A stretch of 64,000 bases of DNA from an uncultured Clostridia bacterium (GTDB lineage Bacteria > Bacillota > Clostridia > TANB77 > CAG-465), in contig CANRLG010000001.1 of the NCBI GenBank assembly GCA_947631415.1, positions 30,558 through 94,557 on the forward strand. Direction: 5' to 3'. The translations under genes were made by a program, and so were the position numbers. Position 1 is the stretch's first letter. Each line of letters begins with the position of its first letter. The notes under the pieces were generated by a model. The model was given only the letters and a program-made list of their open reading frames with translations, did not search any database and had not been told where the DNA came from. Positions 54,943-64,000 of the stretch are shown here, piece by piece.

Positions 54943-55368
54943 TTATAATAATGAAAGCACAAAACGTCCTATACTAATTGCAATAAGTAATGCTGAAACT
55001 ATACAAGTACCAAGTGCTACTTTGTTTTTTCCTAATCTTGCAACCTTTTTTGAAAATATAAATGCTGGTATAGAAAAAACAAGTGAGTAAATATTAAATA
55101 TAAATGATAGTACAATAGCTATTACATCACTTACTAAAGAAATTATTGTTATTACTTTTGAGTTGTGTTTATTAACTTTAAATTTATCTGCTACATTCAT
55201 TGTAACTGCTACTAGTAGACAAGCTACAGCAGAAGCAATTAAAATATATGTTTTAGTATAAATAGCAAGAAATAAACAAAGCCCTCCAAATATTAAAAAT
55301 AATAAAGAAATTAAAATTACCAAAATACTTCCATTTTTTTCTTCACTTTTATTAGACATTATTTCCAC
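54943..55368 (-). CDS. hypothetical small membrane protein with four hydrophobic segments
   Basis: 141 aa. GGTGGA SD-like sequence before the ATG. A hairpin terminator lies downstream. Confidence 0.5.
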   Translation of the reverse strand: MEIMSNKSEEKNGSILVILISLLFLIFGGLCLFLAIYTKTYILIASAVACLLVAVTMNVADKFKVNKHNSKVITIISLVSDVIAIVLSFIFNIYSLVFSIPAFIFSKKVARLGKNKVALGTCIVSALLIAISIGRFVLSLL

Positions 55369-55447
55369 CTCTTTTTCTGTATTATATTATATATAAATTT
55401 TAAAGTCAAATAAATATTATTATAAAGGACTAATTACCAAATCTACC

Positions 55448-55476
55448 TTGCAAATGCTTAAATTTTAATATATAAT
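55448..55476 (+). promoter_or_regulatory. sigma-A-type promoter of mrnC
   Basis: TTGCAA, 17-nt spacer, TATAAT. Confidence 0.5.
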
Positions 55477-55504
55477 ATTATGTATATAAAAGTGGGAGAA
55501 AAGT

Positions 55505-55900
55505 ATGGAAGAATATATAAGTGATATAGATGAACAAACAGTTTCTGCACAAACTTTAGCTTTTATAGGAGATGCAGTGTATAATGTCTATATTAGAAGC
55601 TATCTTGCAAGTATATGTACTTCAAAATCTGGAAAACTTCATAAAGAGTCCATCAAATATGTAAGTGCTAGAGGACAAGCAAGTACAATAGATAAAATTA
55701 TGGATAGTTTAACAGAAGAAGAAATAGCAGTATATAAAAGAGGTAGAAATACAAATATTGCTACTGTTTCAAAAAATGTAGATGTTATAGAATACAAAAA
55801 GGCTACAGGCTTTGAATGTTTAATTGGTTATCTGTATATAAAGAAAGAAAATGTAAGATTAGATGAAATAGTTAAAAAATGTATAGAATGCTTTAAGTAG
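55505..55900 (+). CDS. mrnC: mini-ribonuclease 3
   Basis: AQTLAFIGDAVYNVYIRSYL ... ATGFECLIGYLY. Confidence 0.8.
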   Translation: MEEYISDIDEQTVSAQTLAFIGDAVYNVYIRSYLASICTSKSGKLHKESIKYVSARGQASTIDKIMDSLTEEEIAVYKRGRNTNIATVSKNVDVIEYKKATGFECLIGYLYIKKENVRLDEIVKKCIECFK

Positions 55901-55911
55901 GAGGAAGTATT

Positions 55912-56427
55912 ATGAGTGAAAATGCACAAGAAAAAGTAAATAATAGTTTTGATGAAATTCTTGGTGAAGATGTTGTAAATAAGCTAATAGAAAATATGGG
56001 TGTAGAATTAAATTCAAAACAAATTAAAGAGCTTGAAAAAGAAGCTCAAGGAAGCACAGATTTTATGAAAGCAATTGAAAAGATAGATATTCCTTCAGAA
56101 AATTACGTTATTTTTACTGATGGAGATGAACAACTTTTGTATGAAAATGGAGAGTTCTATGTTATATCTACAAAAGATACTCCATTAAGAAGAAAGAAAA
56201 AGACTAAAAAAGAAGCAAAAGAAATGTATCTAAATTATTTCATTAATTACCAATTAAATGGTTTACTTGGAGAAAGTAAAAATAAACAAGAAAAAGCAAC
56301 TCCAAAGAAAACAAGAGCTACTAAACAGATACAAAATAAAGATGTTAATGTTAACAAAGATGAAATTGCACAAAATGATAAAGTGGTTAATATACAAAAA
56401 AGTGTAGATAAAGAAATTGAAAGATAA
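55912..56427 (+). CDS. hypothetical Lys/Glu-rich protein (171 aa)
   Basis: GGAGGA SD. 11 nt after mrnC. No motif recognised. Confidence 0.45.
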   Translation: MSENAQEKVNNSFDEILGEDVVNKLIENMGVELNSKQIKELEKEAQGSTDFMKAIEKIDIPSENYVIFTDGDEQLLYENGEFYVISTKDTPLRRKKKTKKEAKEMYLNYFINYQLNGLLGESKNKQEKATPKKTRATKQIQNKDVNVNKDEIAQNDKVVNIQKSVDKEIER

Positions 56428-56434
56428 ATAGAAA

Positions 56435-56478
56435 GTTTCATACCATGATATAGAGTTTATGGTGTGGAACTTTTTTTT
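56435..56478 (+). terminator. intrinsic terminator
   Basis: GTTTCATACCAT ... ATGGTGTGGAAC (two G-U pairs) followed by T8. Confidence 0.7.
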
Positions 56479-56496
56479 CATATTATATTTAATTTA

Positions 56497-56525
56497 TTGA
56501 CAAAAAATATGAAATAAATTATATT
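56497..56525 (+). promoter_or_regulatory. sigma-A-type promoter
   Basis: TTGACA, 17-nt spacer, TATATT. Confidence 0.5.
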
Positions 56526-56544
56526 ATAGGTAGGAGGGGAGTTT

Positions 56545-57012
56545 ATGAAATCAAAGTTAATTCCAATTATACTTATTGTTTTAGTATTAGTCGTTGCTAT
56601 AATACTTGCTATAGTATTTATGCCTAAAACAGATAAAGTAAATAAATTACTTGAAGATGAAGCTAATCAAATAAATATTTTAACAGAGATATATAACGAT
56701 TTTTTAAACAGAACAAATTTAGAAAATGATGAAAATATTGTTTTAGGTGCGTCATCACAAAAAAATCTTTTAACAAAAGAACAATTTTTAGAAGAAAATC
56801 TTATGAAGTTAAAAAATATTGAGAAAGTAAAAGAAGATGCCTCAGAAACATTTACACTATATACAAAATATACAGATAAAAATCATATTGTTTCACTAGA
56901 GTTAATTAGAGATGATGAACTCGAAAGAATTTCACAAAAGTATGAAATCTACGTTGAAAACGGTACATTGAAATTTAAAAGTGATAATCTTGGGCACCAT
57001 TTAATTACATAG
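56545..57012 (+). CDS. hypothetical N-terminally anchored protein (155 aa)
   Basis: GGAGGGGAG SD. TM segment LIPIILIVLVLVVAIILAIVF. Confidence 0.5.
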   Translation: MKSKLIPIILIVLVLVVAIILAIVFMPKTDKVNKLLEDEANQINILTEIYNDFLNRTNLENDENIVLGASSQKNLLTKEQFLEENLMKLKNIEKVKEDASETFTLYTKYTDKNHIVSLELIRDDELERISQKYEIYVENGTLKFKSDNLGHHLIT

Positions 57013-57014
57013 CT

Positions 57015-57053
57015 AAAAAAAATTCCACCAGATATATTTGGTGGAATTTTTTG
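57015..57053. terminator. bidirectional intrinsic terminator
   Basis: A-run + AATTCCACCA ... TGGTGGAATT + TTTTG. Confidence 0.7.
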
Positions 57054-57100
57054 TAATATCTTATTTAATTTATTTTTATATTATATTATATTATATTAAG

Positions 57101-57343
57101 TTATTGTACTGCATTTTTTACTTGTTCCAAGTCTGCTGCTCCAGCAGGTGCTGCAGGAATATAATATTGTTTTTCTTTAGCAATTAAATATATTTGCCAT
57201 TGGTAATCTTCTAGTGTATTTCTAGAAGCAATTAAAGCATCTCTAAAATTCTTATTATTAGATTGTTGAATTGAATAGTTAATTAAAGTAATTGTTGAAT
57301 TTAAAGTAGATAATACATCATTTACACATATTTTTTCTGTCAT
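57101..57343 (-). CDS. Coat-F-domain spore coat protein (80 aa)
   Basis: NDVLSTLNSTITLINYSIQQSNNKNFRDALIASRNTLEDYQWQIY resembles the CotF/YhcQ helical domain. Confidence 0.55.
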   Translation of the reverse strand: MTEKICVNDVLSTLNSTITLINYSIQQSNNKNFRDALIASRNTLEDYQWQIYLIAKEKQYYIPAAPAGAADLEQVKNAVQ

Positions 57344-57354
57344 TTTCTTTCACC

Positions 57355-57537
57355 TCACAATAAATTAGATAACTCTGTTTTTAGATTTTCAAGTTCGTTA
57401 CATATATCATCATATATAGATGTAACATTTGAATCTGAAGTTAATGTTTTATAGTAGTTTATCTTACTACAAAATTCTGTTCCATGACCACAAATATGTC
57501 TAATATTTTGGATTTCAATTTGATTTAAACTTTCCAT
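57355..57537 (-). CDS. small hypothetical protein, possibly Coat-F-like (60 aa)
   Basis: GGAGGAAAA SD. Co-oriented, 11 nt upstream of the CotF-like gene. Confidence 0.4.
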   Translation of the reverse strand: MESLNQIEIQNIRHICGHGTEFCSKINYYKTLTSDSNVTSIYDDICNELENLKTELSNLL

Positions 57538-57593
57538 ATTTTCCTCCTTTTAAATCACTAAGATTAGTATGTGTAGCTATGCTAAAATTTATA

Positions 57594-57959
57594 CTATTTT
57601 AATGAAGGTTTAGCAAATAAAGAGGCAAGAAATCCAAATACAATAGCTGCTGCTATTCCACCAGAAGTTGCGGTTATTCCACCTGTAAATATTCCAATAA
57701 ATCCTTTTTCTTCTATAGCTTTTACTGTACCTTTAAATAATGAATAACCAAATCCAGATATAGGTACAGTTGCACCACTTTTTCCAAAGTTTACTATTGG
57801 TTCATAAATTCCAAGAAAAGTAAGAATTACACCTAAAGTTACAAACAAAGAAAGAATTCTTGCAGGTGTTATTTTAGTTTTATCTATTAATACTTGACCA
57901 ATAGCACAAATAATTCCACCAGTTATAAATACAAAAAGATATGTCATTAAAGTTTCCAC
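57594..57959 (-). CDS. spoVAE: stage V sporulation protein AE (SpoVAEb-type)
   Basis: FITGGIICAIGQVLID ... GATVPISGFG ... GGITATSGGIAAA. GTG start 3 nt after spoVAD. Confidence 0.85.
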   Translation of the reverse strand: METLMTYLFVFITGGIICAIGQVLIDKTKITPARILSLFVTLGVILTFLGIYEPIVNFGKSGATVPISGFGYSLFKGTVKAIEEKGFIGIFTGGITATSGGIAAAIVFGFLASLFAKPSLK

Positions 57960-57962
57960 TAA

Positions 57963-58982
57963 TTATTTCACCTCGTTTTCTATTGAAATTGCGTGTGCAA
58001 TAGATGGAATAGTTTCTCCTTGATAAGAAGAAAGTGGACTCATTAAAGCACCAGTTGCAATAAGTAAAATTTTATTTAAGTTTTTATTTTTTAATTCATT
58101 AAAAATATATGAAGAAAATACACTAGCAACACAACCGCAACCACTTCCACCACAAATAACATCTTGAACAGTTGTATCATATATTAAAGCACCACAATCT
58201 TTATGTTTTGAACTAATATCTATGTTTTCTCTTTTGAATAGTTCTACTAACATATCTGAGCCATGTACTCCTAAATCTCCAGTTATTACTAAATCATAAT
58301 AATCTAAAGTTCTATCTGTGTCATTTAAGTGATTCGCGATAGTTGAATAAACAGCAGGTGCCATTGCAGCTCCCATATTAGACATATCCTTTACACCTAA
58401 ATCTACTATTTTTCCAGGAGTTGCATAGGTAATATGTATTCCATTATCTAGTTTTTTTGAATTAGTTACTAGTGCTGCACCACATCCTGTTACAGTTGCT
58501 TGTGAAGTGGTACTTTTTTGGTTTCCATGTTCAAGAGGCATTCTGTACTGTCTTTCTGCACTACAAAAATGAGAAGAAGCAGATGCAATGATTTGTTGTG
58601 CTACATTTGCTTCAATACATATTGAACTTAGTAATAATCCCTCACAAAAAGTAGAACAAGCACCATATAGTCCTAAAAAAGGAATTTCTAAATCACGTAT
58701 AGCAAAACTTGATGAGATACATTGATTAAGTAAATCTCCAGAAAATATTAGGTCAATATCGTTATTTGCAAGTCCATTTTTTGAAATTAAATGATTAATA
58801 CAAGTGTTTAGCATTTTGCTTTCTGCTTTTTCAAAAGTTTTTTCACCAAAGTAAATATCATTTGAACTTTGTTCAAAGTAACTTGCTAAAGGTCCTTGCA
58901 TTTCTTTTGGTCCAACCATGCTTGAAGTAGAAAAAATACAAGGTAAAGTTTCAAATTTAATTGTTTGTTTTCCAACTTTCAT
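57963..58982 (-). CDS. spoVAD: stage V sporulation protein AD
   Basis: 339 aa thiolase-like fold. GDLLNQC, LGLYGACST, MGAAMAPA. Confidence 0.9.
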   Translation of the reverse strand: MKVGKQTIKFETLPCIFSTSSMVGPKEMQGPLASYFEQSSNDIYFGEKTFEKAESKMLNTCINHLISKNGLANNDIDLIFSGDLLNQCISSSFAIRDLEIPFLGLYGACSTFCEGLLLSSICIEANVAQQIIASASSHFCSAERQYRMPLEHGNQKSTTSQATVTGCGAALVTNSKKLDNGIHITYATPGKIVDLGVKDMSNMGAAMAPAVYSTIANHLNDTDRTLDYYDLVITGDLGVHGSDMLVELFKRENIDISSKHKDCGALIYDTTVQDVICGGSGCGCVASVFSSYIFNELKNKNLNKILLIATGALMSPLSSYQGETIPSIAHAISIENEVK

Positions 58983-58994
58983 AATTGTTTCCTC

Positions 58995-59453
58995 CTAAAA
59001 TACATAATGAATTAAATAATATACAAATCCAAGAATAACGGAAGAAGTTATGCCATAAACAAGTACAGGACCTGCAACTTTAAACATATTTGCTCCAATT
59101 CCAAATATAAATCCTTCAGATTTAAACTCTATTGCTGGAGATACAACTGAATTAGAAAATCCAGTTATTGGAATAGTAGAACCAGCTCCTGCAACTTTAC
59201 CAATTCTTGAATAAAGTTTAAGTGCAGTAAGTAATGCACCAATAAAAATTAAAGTAATACAAGAGATAGTGTTTGCAACTTCTTTATCTATACCAAAGTC
59301 TAAAGCTCTATCTGTAATGAATTGACCTAAACAGCAGATAAGACCACCAACTATAAAAGCAATAATTATATTTTTTAATAATGAACTTTTGGTTGCTTTA
59401 CTTGAAATTAGGTCATCATACTCACTATTTGTTATATTTATATTTGTATTCAT
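58995..59453 (-). CDS. spoVAC: stage V sporulation protein AC
   Basis: FIVGGLICCLGQ ... AGAGSTIPITGFSNSV. GGTGAT lies 6 nt before the second ATG (59453), and there is no SD before 59471. Confidence 0.85.
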   Translation of the reverse strand: MNTNINITNSEYDDLISSKATKSSLLKNIIIAFIVGGLICCLGQFITDRALDFGIDKEVANTISCITLIFIGALLTALKLYSRIGKVAGAGSTIPITGFSNSVVSPAIEFKSEGFIFGIGANMFKVAGPVLVYGITSSVILGFVYYLIHYVF

Positions 59454-59529
59454 AAAATAATCACCAGACATATTATTTGCAATATTTTACTTAATATAAT
59501 TTTGCAAACAAAAAAATTAATAAAAAATA

Positions 59530-59558
59530 TTGAAAATTAATCTATAATTTGCTATAAT
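59530..59558 (+). promoter_or_regulatory. sigma-A-type promoter
   Basis: TTGAAA, 17-nt spacer, TATAAT. Confidence 0.5.
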
Positions 59559-59594
59559 GATTTCATAAAATAGTGAGCTTTTGGGGGGAGTAAT

Positions 59595-60014
59595 ATGGAA
59601 AACGAGAAGAAGTTTGGAACTGAGATGTTCGGTTATGATAAAAAAGAAGTAGAAGAATATGTAAAAGCATTAAAAGCAGAATATGAAAGTAAAATACAAG
59701 CTGAACGTTCAGATGCAAACAGAATTGCCAATGAACTTTCACTTGTTAAAAGAAAACTAGAAAAGTATGAAACAGACTATATAGCTAAGCAAGAAAAAGT
59801 AGCAAGCGCACTAATAACTGCTGAAGACCAAGCAAAGAAAATAATCGAAGACTCAAGAAGTGAAGCAATTCAAGAAAAAGATAGGATTGAACATTTAATT
59901 GAAATGGAAAAAGAAAAACTCTTAGATATGAAAAGAGAAGTAATAGATTTGAAGGAAAAAACAGTAGGACTATTAGATAGATATAGCCAAGAAATAAGTG
60001 AATTAATAGATTAG
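59595..60014 (+). CDS. DivIVA-domain coiled-coil protein (139 aa)
   Basis: FGTEMFGYDKKEVEEYV is the DivIVA/GpsB N-terminal motif, followed by a coiled coil. Confidence 0.7.
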   Translation: MENEKKFGTEMFGYDKKEVEEYVKALKAEYESKIQAERSDANRIANELSLVKRKLEKYETDYIAKQEKVASALITAEDQAKKIIEDSRSEAIQEKDRIEHLIEMEKEKLLDMKREVIDLKEKTVGLLDRYSQEISELID

Positions 60015-60065
60015 TAATTTTATGAGGGTAACCGTAATAAAATAGAACATAGGAGAATATGTTTT

Positions 60066-61274
60066 ATGAAAGTTGCGGTTACCTTTTTTAATTCAAAAAG
60101 AAATAAAAAAACAAAAGATATAGAAAGTATATTAAAAGCTAAGAAAATAAAAGATAATATTTTTAGTAATTTTGTGAAGGACAAAGTAGAAAAAAATAGA
60201 AATAATATTATGATTTTCTCAAGTAACATTAATATAAGATATATATTATTATCTATTGTTTTTGCTACTTTTTACTATTTTTTAAATCACAATACATTAT
60301 TTTTAAGTAGTAATTTAGAGGTAATAAAATCTAATAAAATTAATGTAAAAAATTTTCTTGCAATGAATAATTTACTAAATAAATCTAGTTATAATTTTAA
60401 AGAAAAAACGGTAGAAATAGAAGATATGAGTAGTAATAATGATTACGTATTACTAGATGAAATAGCTAGAAATTATAGTGAAGTTCCCACTTTTTCAAAG
60501 ATAGATGAGAATGATGTAGTTGTTACTGCCCAAAACCAAATTTACCAAAAATTAAATGTATGTGGAATTGAAGTAGTAAATTATTCAACAAATAGAAATA
60601 TTGACTTTGTAGATATAATTAATAGTGAGGATATATTTTTCTCAAAACAGAAAGATAATATATTGATGTATACAACTCATACCTCTGAGTCGTATTCAAA
60701 TAGTGAAAATTATACTTTTGATTATACTTCTGCTGCACGTACAACAGATGGAAATTATAATATGTTGTATATAGCCTCTGAACTTGCATCTAATCTTAAA
60801 TCTAAAGGAATAAGCAATATATGTAGTTTGACACCTCACGACTATGGAGAGTATAATAGTGCATATATAAATTCAAGAACAACCGTATCCACTTTGTTAA
60901 GTCAAAACGAAAATATTGCTCTATCTATAGATGTACATAGAGATGCAATAGAGGATTTAAGCTTTGCTCCAAAAGTTAATATACGAGGGTTAGATGTTGC
61001 GTCTTTAATGCTTGTAATGGGAATAGGTTACGATGATGAGCCTAATGAATATTATATGGATAATTTAAAATTAGCATTTAAAATTCAATTATTAGCAAAT
61101 AAAGTTTATCCAGGATTATTTAGACAGATTATTATTAGAAATTCTGTATATAACCAGGACTTAAATAAATACTCATTTCTAGTAGAAGTAGGAGCAACTG
61201 GAAATACCATAGATGAAGCTAAACTTGCAACACGTTGTTTGTCAAATTTGATAAATCTATTGTATAAAGATTGA
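60066..61274 (+). CDS. spoIIP: stage II sporulation protein P
   Basis: MYTTHTSESYS, SIDVHRDA, FLVEVGATGNT. N-terminal TM. Confidence 0.85.
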   Translation: MKVAVTFFNSKRNKKTKDIESILKAKKIKDNIFSNFVKDKVEKNRNNIMIFSSNINIRYILLSIVFATFYYFLNHNTLFLSSNLEVIKSNKINVKNFLAMNNLLNKSSYNFKEKTVEIEDMSSNNDYVLLDEIARNYSEVPTFSKIDENDVVVTAQNQIYQKLNVCGIEVVNYSTNRNIDFVDIINSEDIFFSKQKDNILMYTTHTSESYSNSENYTFDYTSAARTTDGNYNMLYIASELASNLKSKGISNICSLTPHDYGEYNSAYINSRTTVSTLLSQNENIALSIDVHRDAIEDLSFAPKVNIRGLDVASLMLVMGIGYDDEPNEYYMDNLKLAFKIQLLANKVYPGLFRQIIIRNSVYNQDLNKYSFLVEVGATGNTIDEAKLATRCLSNLINLLYKD

Positions 61275-61331
61275 TTTGACTTTTCTTTTTGTGGTATAAT
61301 CATAAATCAGTAATGAAAGGTGAAGATAAAA

Positions 61332-63302
61332 ATGTCAAAATTAGTTATAGTGGAATCTCCTTCTAAGGCGAAAACTATAAAAAAATATTTAGGAAAAGAT
61401 TATGAAGTAATTGCATCTCAAGGACACATTATAGATTTACCAGTAAGTAAACTTGGGGTAGATATAGAAAATGATTTTAAACCAGAATATAAAACAATGA
61501 AAGGTAAAACAAGCATTGTTAAAGAGATAAAAGCTAGTGCAAAAGGAAAAGATATGGTATATCTTGCAACCGACCCTGACCGTGAAGGTGAGGCAATAGC
61601 ATGGCATTTGAAAAATATTTTGAATATACCAGATGATGAAAAATGCAGAATTGAATTTAACGAAATAACTAAAAATGCTGTAAAAAAAGCAGTAGAGAAA
61701 CCTAGAACAGTAAATAAAGATTTAGTAGATGCACAACAAGCAAGAAGAATTTTAGATAGAATAGTGGGATATAAATTATCTCCATTATTATGGAAAAAAG
61801 TAAAAAAAGGAACAAGTGCAGGTAGAGTTCAATCTGTTGCATTAAAAATAATTATAGATAAAGAAAGAGAAATTCAAGAGTTTAAACCAGAAGATTATTA
61901 CTTAATGTTTGCTAAACTTCAAAGAGATGAAGATGTGGTAGTAGCTAAATTTTATGGTGATACAAACGGAAAAATTGAATTAAAAGATAAAAAACAAGTA
62001 AATAATATTATAAAGAAAATAGATAATAAAGAATATAAAATAACAGATATTAAAAAAAGTGAGAGAAGAAAAAATCCACCAGCACCATTTACTACTTCAT
62101 CATTACAACAAGAGGCTTCTAGAAAACTTGGCTTTGGTGTAAAAAAGACAATGATGGTTGCACAAAGACTATATGAATCAGGATATATTACATATATGAG
62201 AACAGATTCAACAAGACTATCAGATGATGCTATTAAAATGGCAAAAGATTATATAGTAAATGAGTTTGGTAAAAAATATTATTTAGAAAGAGAGTTTAAA
62301 GCAAAGGAAAATGCTCAAGATGCACACGAGGCAATAAGACCTTCTCATTTAGATGCAGACATAGATGCATTAGATAAAGACCAATTAAGATTATATAATC
62401 TAATATTAAATAGATTTCTAGCTTCTCAAATGACTGTTGCAGTATATGATACAACAAGAATAGTAATTCAAGTAGAAGATTATGTATTTCGTATAAATGG
62501 AAGTACCATTAAATTTGATGGATTTATGAAACTATATATTGAGGGCAAGGATGAGAAAAGTAAAACTAAATCCGAAGATGAAGATGATGAAGATGAATTA
62601 AAAGTGCTTCCAAATTTCGATATTGGTGAAGTATTAAAACAGGTAGAGCTAAAAGCAGATAAAAAGACTACAGAACCACCTGCAAGATATACAGAAGCAA
62701 GTCTTGTTAAAGTAATGGAAGAAAAAGGGGTTGGTAGACCAAGTACGTATGCACCAACTATCTCTACAATAGAAGATAGGTTTTATATTGAAAAAGAAGG
62801 TAGATATTTAAAACCAACAGAACTAGGATTTGCAGTAAATAAATTACTAGAAGATTATTTTAAAAATATTGTAGATGTACAATTTACTGCTAATATGGAG
62901 AATAAACTAGATAATGTGGCAGAATCTAAACAAAATTATGTAGAAATGCTTAGAGAATTTTATGAACCTTTTAATAAAAATCTATTAGATGTTCAAGATA
63001 AAATTGAAAAAGTTAAGTTAACAGAGATAGAATCAGATGAAATATGTGAAAAATGTGGAAGAAGAATGGTTATAAAACAAGGAAGATTTGGTAAATTTTT
63101 AGCATGTCCTGGATATCCTGAATGTTCAAATATTAAACCATATAACGAAGCTATTGATGTACCATGTCCAGACTGTGGTGGAAAAGTAATAATTAAATAT
63201 ACTAAAACACATAGACCATTCTATGTTTGTGAAAACAATAAAAATACAGAAGATAGTTCATGTCATTATATTTCATGGACTAAACCTAAAGCAACAAAAT
63301 AG
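61332..63302 (+). CDS. topA: DNA topoisomerase I
   Basis: TOPRIM (LVIVESPSKAKTI, DPDREGEAIAWH), catalytic Tyr in GYITYMRTDS, C-terminal Zn ribbons CEKCG...CPGYPEC and CPDCG. ATG 61332 preferred. Confidence 0.95.
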   Translation: MSKLVIVESPSKAKTIKKYLGKDYEVIASQGHIIDLPVSKLGVDIENDFKPEYKTMKGKTSIVKEIKASAKGKDMVYLATDPDREGEAIAWHLKNILNIPDDEKCRIEFNEITKNAVKKAVEKPRTVNKDLVDAQQARRILDRIVGYKLSPLLWKKVKKGTSAGRVQSVALKIIIDKEREIQEFKPEDYYLMFAKLQRDEDVVVAKFYGDTNGKIELKDKKQVNNIIKKIDNKEYKITDIKKSERRKNPPAPFTTSSLQQEASRKLGFGVKKTMMVAQRLYESGYITYMRTDSTRLSDDAIKMAKDYIVNEFGKKYYLEREFKAKENAQDAHEAIRPSHLDADIDALDKDQLRLYNLILNRFLASQMTVAVYDTTRIVIQVEDYVFRINGSTIKFDGFMKLYIEGKDEKSKTKSEDEDDEDELKVLPNFDIGEVLKQVELKADKKTTEPPARYTEASLVKVMEEKGVGRPSTYAPTISTIEDRFYIEKEGRYLKPTELGFAVNKLLEDYFKNIVDVQFTANMENKLDNVAESKQNYVEMLREFYEPFNKNLLDVQDKIEKVKLTEIESDEICEKCGRRMVIKQGRFGKFLACPGYPECSNIKPYNEAIDVPCPDCGGKVIIKYTKTHRPFYVCENNKNTEDSSCHYISWTKPKATK

Positions 63303-63326
63303 GGCATCATAGTGATGTCCTTTTTA
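63302..63326 (+). terminator. intrinsic terminator
   Basis: GGGCATCA-tag-TGATGTCC followed by TTTTT. Confidence 0.6.
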
Positions 63327-63384
63327 TATTTTTGCTTGAAAAAAATATATATGTATACTATAATATGGCTAGATTGGAGTAGAA

Positions 63385-64000
63385 ATGGAAAACGTAATAA
63401 ATATAATAGGAGCAGGGCTTGCAGGATGTGAGTGTGCTTGGCAACTTGCAAATCATGGTATAAAAGTTAGACTTTATGAAATGAAACCAAATAAAAAAAG
63501 TGAAGCACATAGTTCAGATAATTTTGCAGAACTTGTTTGTAGTAATTCATTAAAATCTATGTTACTTACTAATGCTTGTGGTCTATTAAAAAAAGAAATG
63601 CAAATTTTTGATAGTTTATTTGTAGAAGCAGCATATAAGTCACAAGTTCCTGCTGGACAAGCTCTTGCTGTAGATAGAGAAATATTTTCTAAATATATAA
63701 CAGATAAAATAAAAAATAATCCAAATATTGAAATAGTTTATGAAGAAATAAAAAATATAGATGAACTAGAGGGAATAAAAGTTATAGCCACAGGACCTCT
63801 TACTAGTGAAAGTTTAATGCAAAATTTAAGTAGAAAAATAGGTGAAGAAAGTCTGTATTTCTTTGATGCGGCAGCACCAATTATCTCAAGAGATACAATT
63901 AACATGGATATTGCTTTTTGGGGTGATAGATATACTCAAGAACGTGGTAGAAATGAAGATGAAACAGAATGGAGAAAAAGAATTGCTCAGTATAAAGAGG
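63385..64000 (+). CDS. trmFO: methylenetetrahydrofolate-tRNA-(uracil-5-)-methyltransferase TrmFO (5' part, runs off the window)
   Basis: Not in the ORF track (no stop). MENVINIIGAGLAGCECAWQLANHGIKVRLYEMKP...FAELVCSNSLKS...VPAGQALAVDRE...ATGPLTS. The topA-trmFO order is typical of Firmicutes. Confidence 0.85.
   Translation, partial: MENVINIIGAGLAGCECAWQLANHGIKVRLYEMKPNKKSEAHSSDNFAELVCSNSLKSMLLTNACGLLKKEMQIFDSLFVEAAYKSQVPAGQALAVDREIFSKYITDKIKNNPNIEIVYEEIKNIDELEGIKVIATGPLTSESLMQNLSRKIGEESLYFFDAAAPIISRDTINMDIAFWGDRYTQERGRNEDETEWRKRIAQYKE

Noticed and set aside
57077-57096. (TATAT)x4 microsatellite between the terminator and the CotF-like gene
   Set aside because: It is short and lies in an AT-rich intergenic region. 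Nothing suggests a function beyond low complexity.
1-64000. Search for CRISPR arrays, tRNA/rRNA genes, transposases, integrase-bounded prophage or known defence systems
   Set aside because: I found no regularly spaced direct repeats, no cloverleaf-capable GC-rich segments in the intergenic regions, and no DDE/serine-recombinase or phage structural motifs. The only tyrosine recombinase is the housekeeping XerD-type gene.

Overview
64-kb chromosomal window from a very AT-rich, endospore-forming Firmicute (Clostridia-like). Hand counts of 120-nt samples give about 21-30% GC in ordinary genes. Coding is dense and mostly on the + strand.

Gene content, in order:
- The 3' part of a giant secreted protein, then a three-gene cassette of unknown function.
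- spoIID, a spoIIQ-like M23 gene, spoIIID and mreB.
- A small GC-richer insertion, then polC and a short hpf.
- Two secreted cell-wall hydrolases and an ABC-2 transporter behind an attenuator-like leader.
- A thioester-domain LPXTG adhesin, a degenerate frameshifted paralog, a 1.1-kb ORF-free spacer, and a stand-alone sorting-signal mini-gene.
- adk-map-infA-rpmJ-rpsM-rpsK-rpsD-rpoA-rplQ, with no secY upstream.
- An orphan HNH nuclease behind a structured RNA.
- tmcAL, rnhA, spoIIM, xerD, srtB and spoIIAA-spoIIAB (no sigF follows).
- hslO, rluD, rluB, tyrA, rpsU, an S41 protease, veg, a DUF3794/LysM protein and a Cof hydrolase.
- rplM-rpsI and an HD + degenerate EAL protein.
- recA with a LexA box, a Zn-ribbon/TPM pair, and recX.
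- deoD, scpA (no scpB), and a divergent groES/groEL pair.
- mrnC, hypotheticals, the spoVAC-AD-AE operon plus CotF-like genes, a DivIVA-domain gene, spoIIP, topA and the 5' part of trmFO.

I found no tRNA, rRNA, CRISPR array, transposase, integrase-bounded element or recognisable defence system.

The most unusual items:
- the orphan sorting-signal mini-gene;
- the decaying thioester-adhesin paralog;
- the uncharacterised cassette upstream of spoIID;
- the promoter-RNA-terminator-HNH unit;
- the roof-less GroES / tail-less GroEL pair;
- spoIIAA-spoIIAB without sigF.

Every call rests on motif recognition and hand inspection. No database search was possible.
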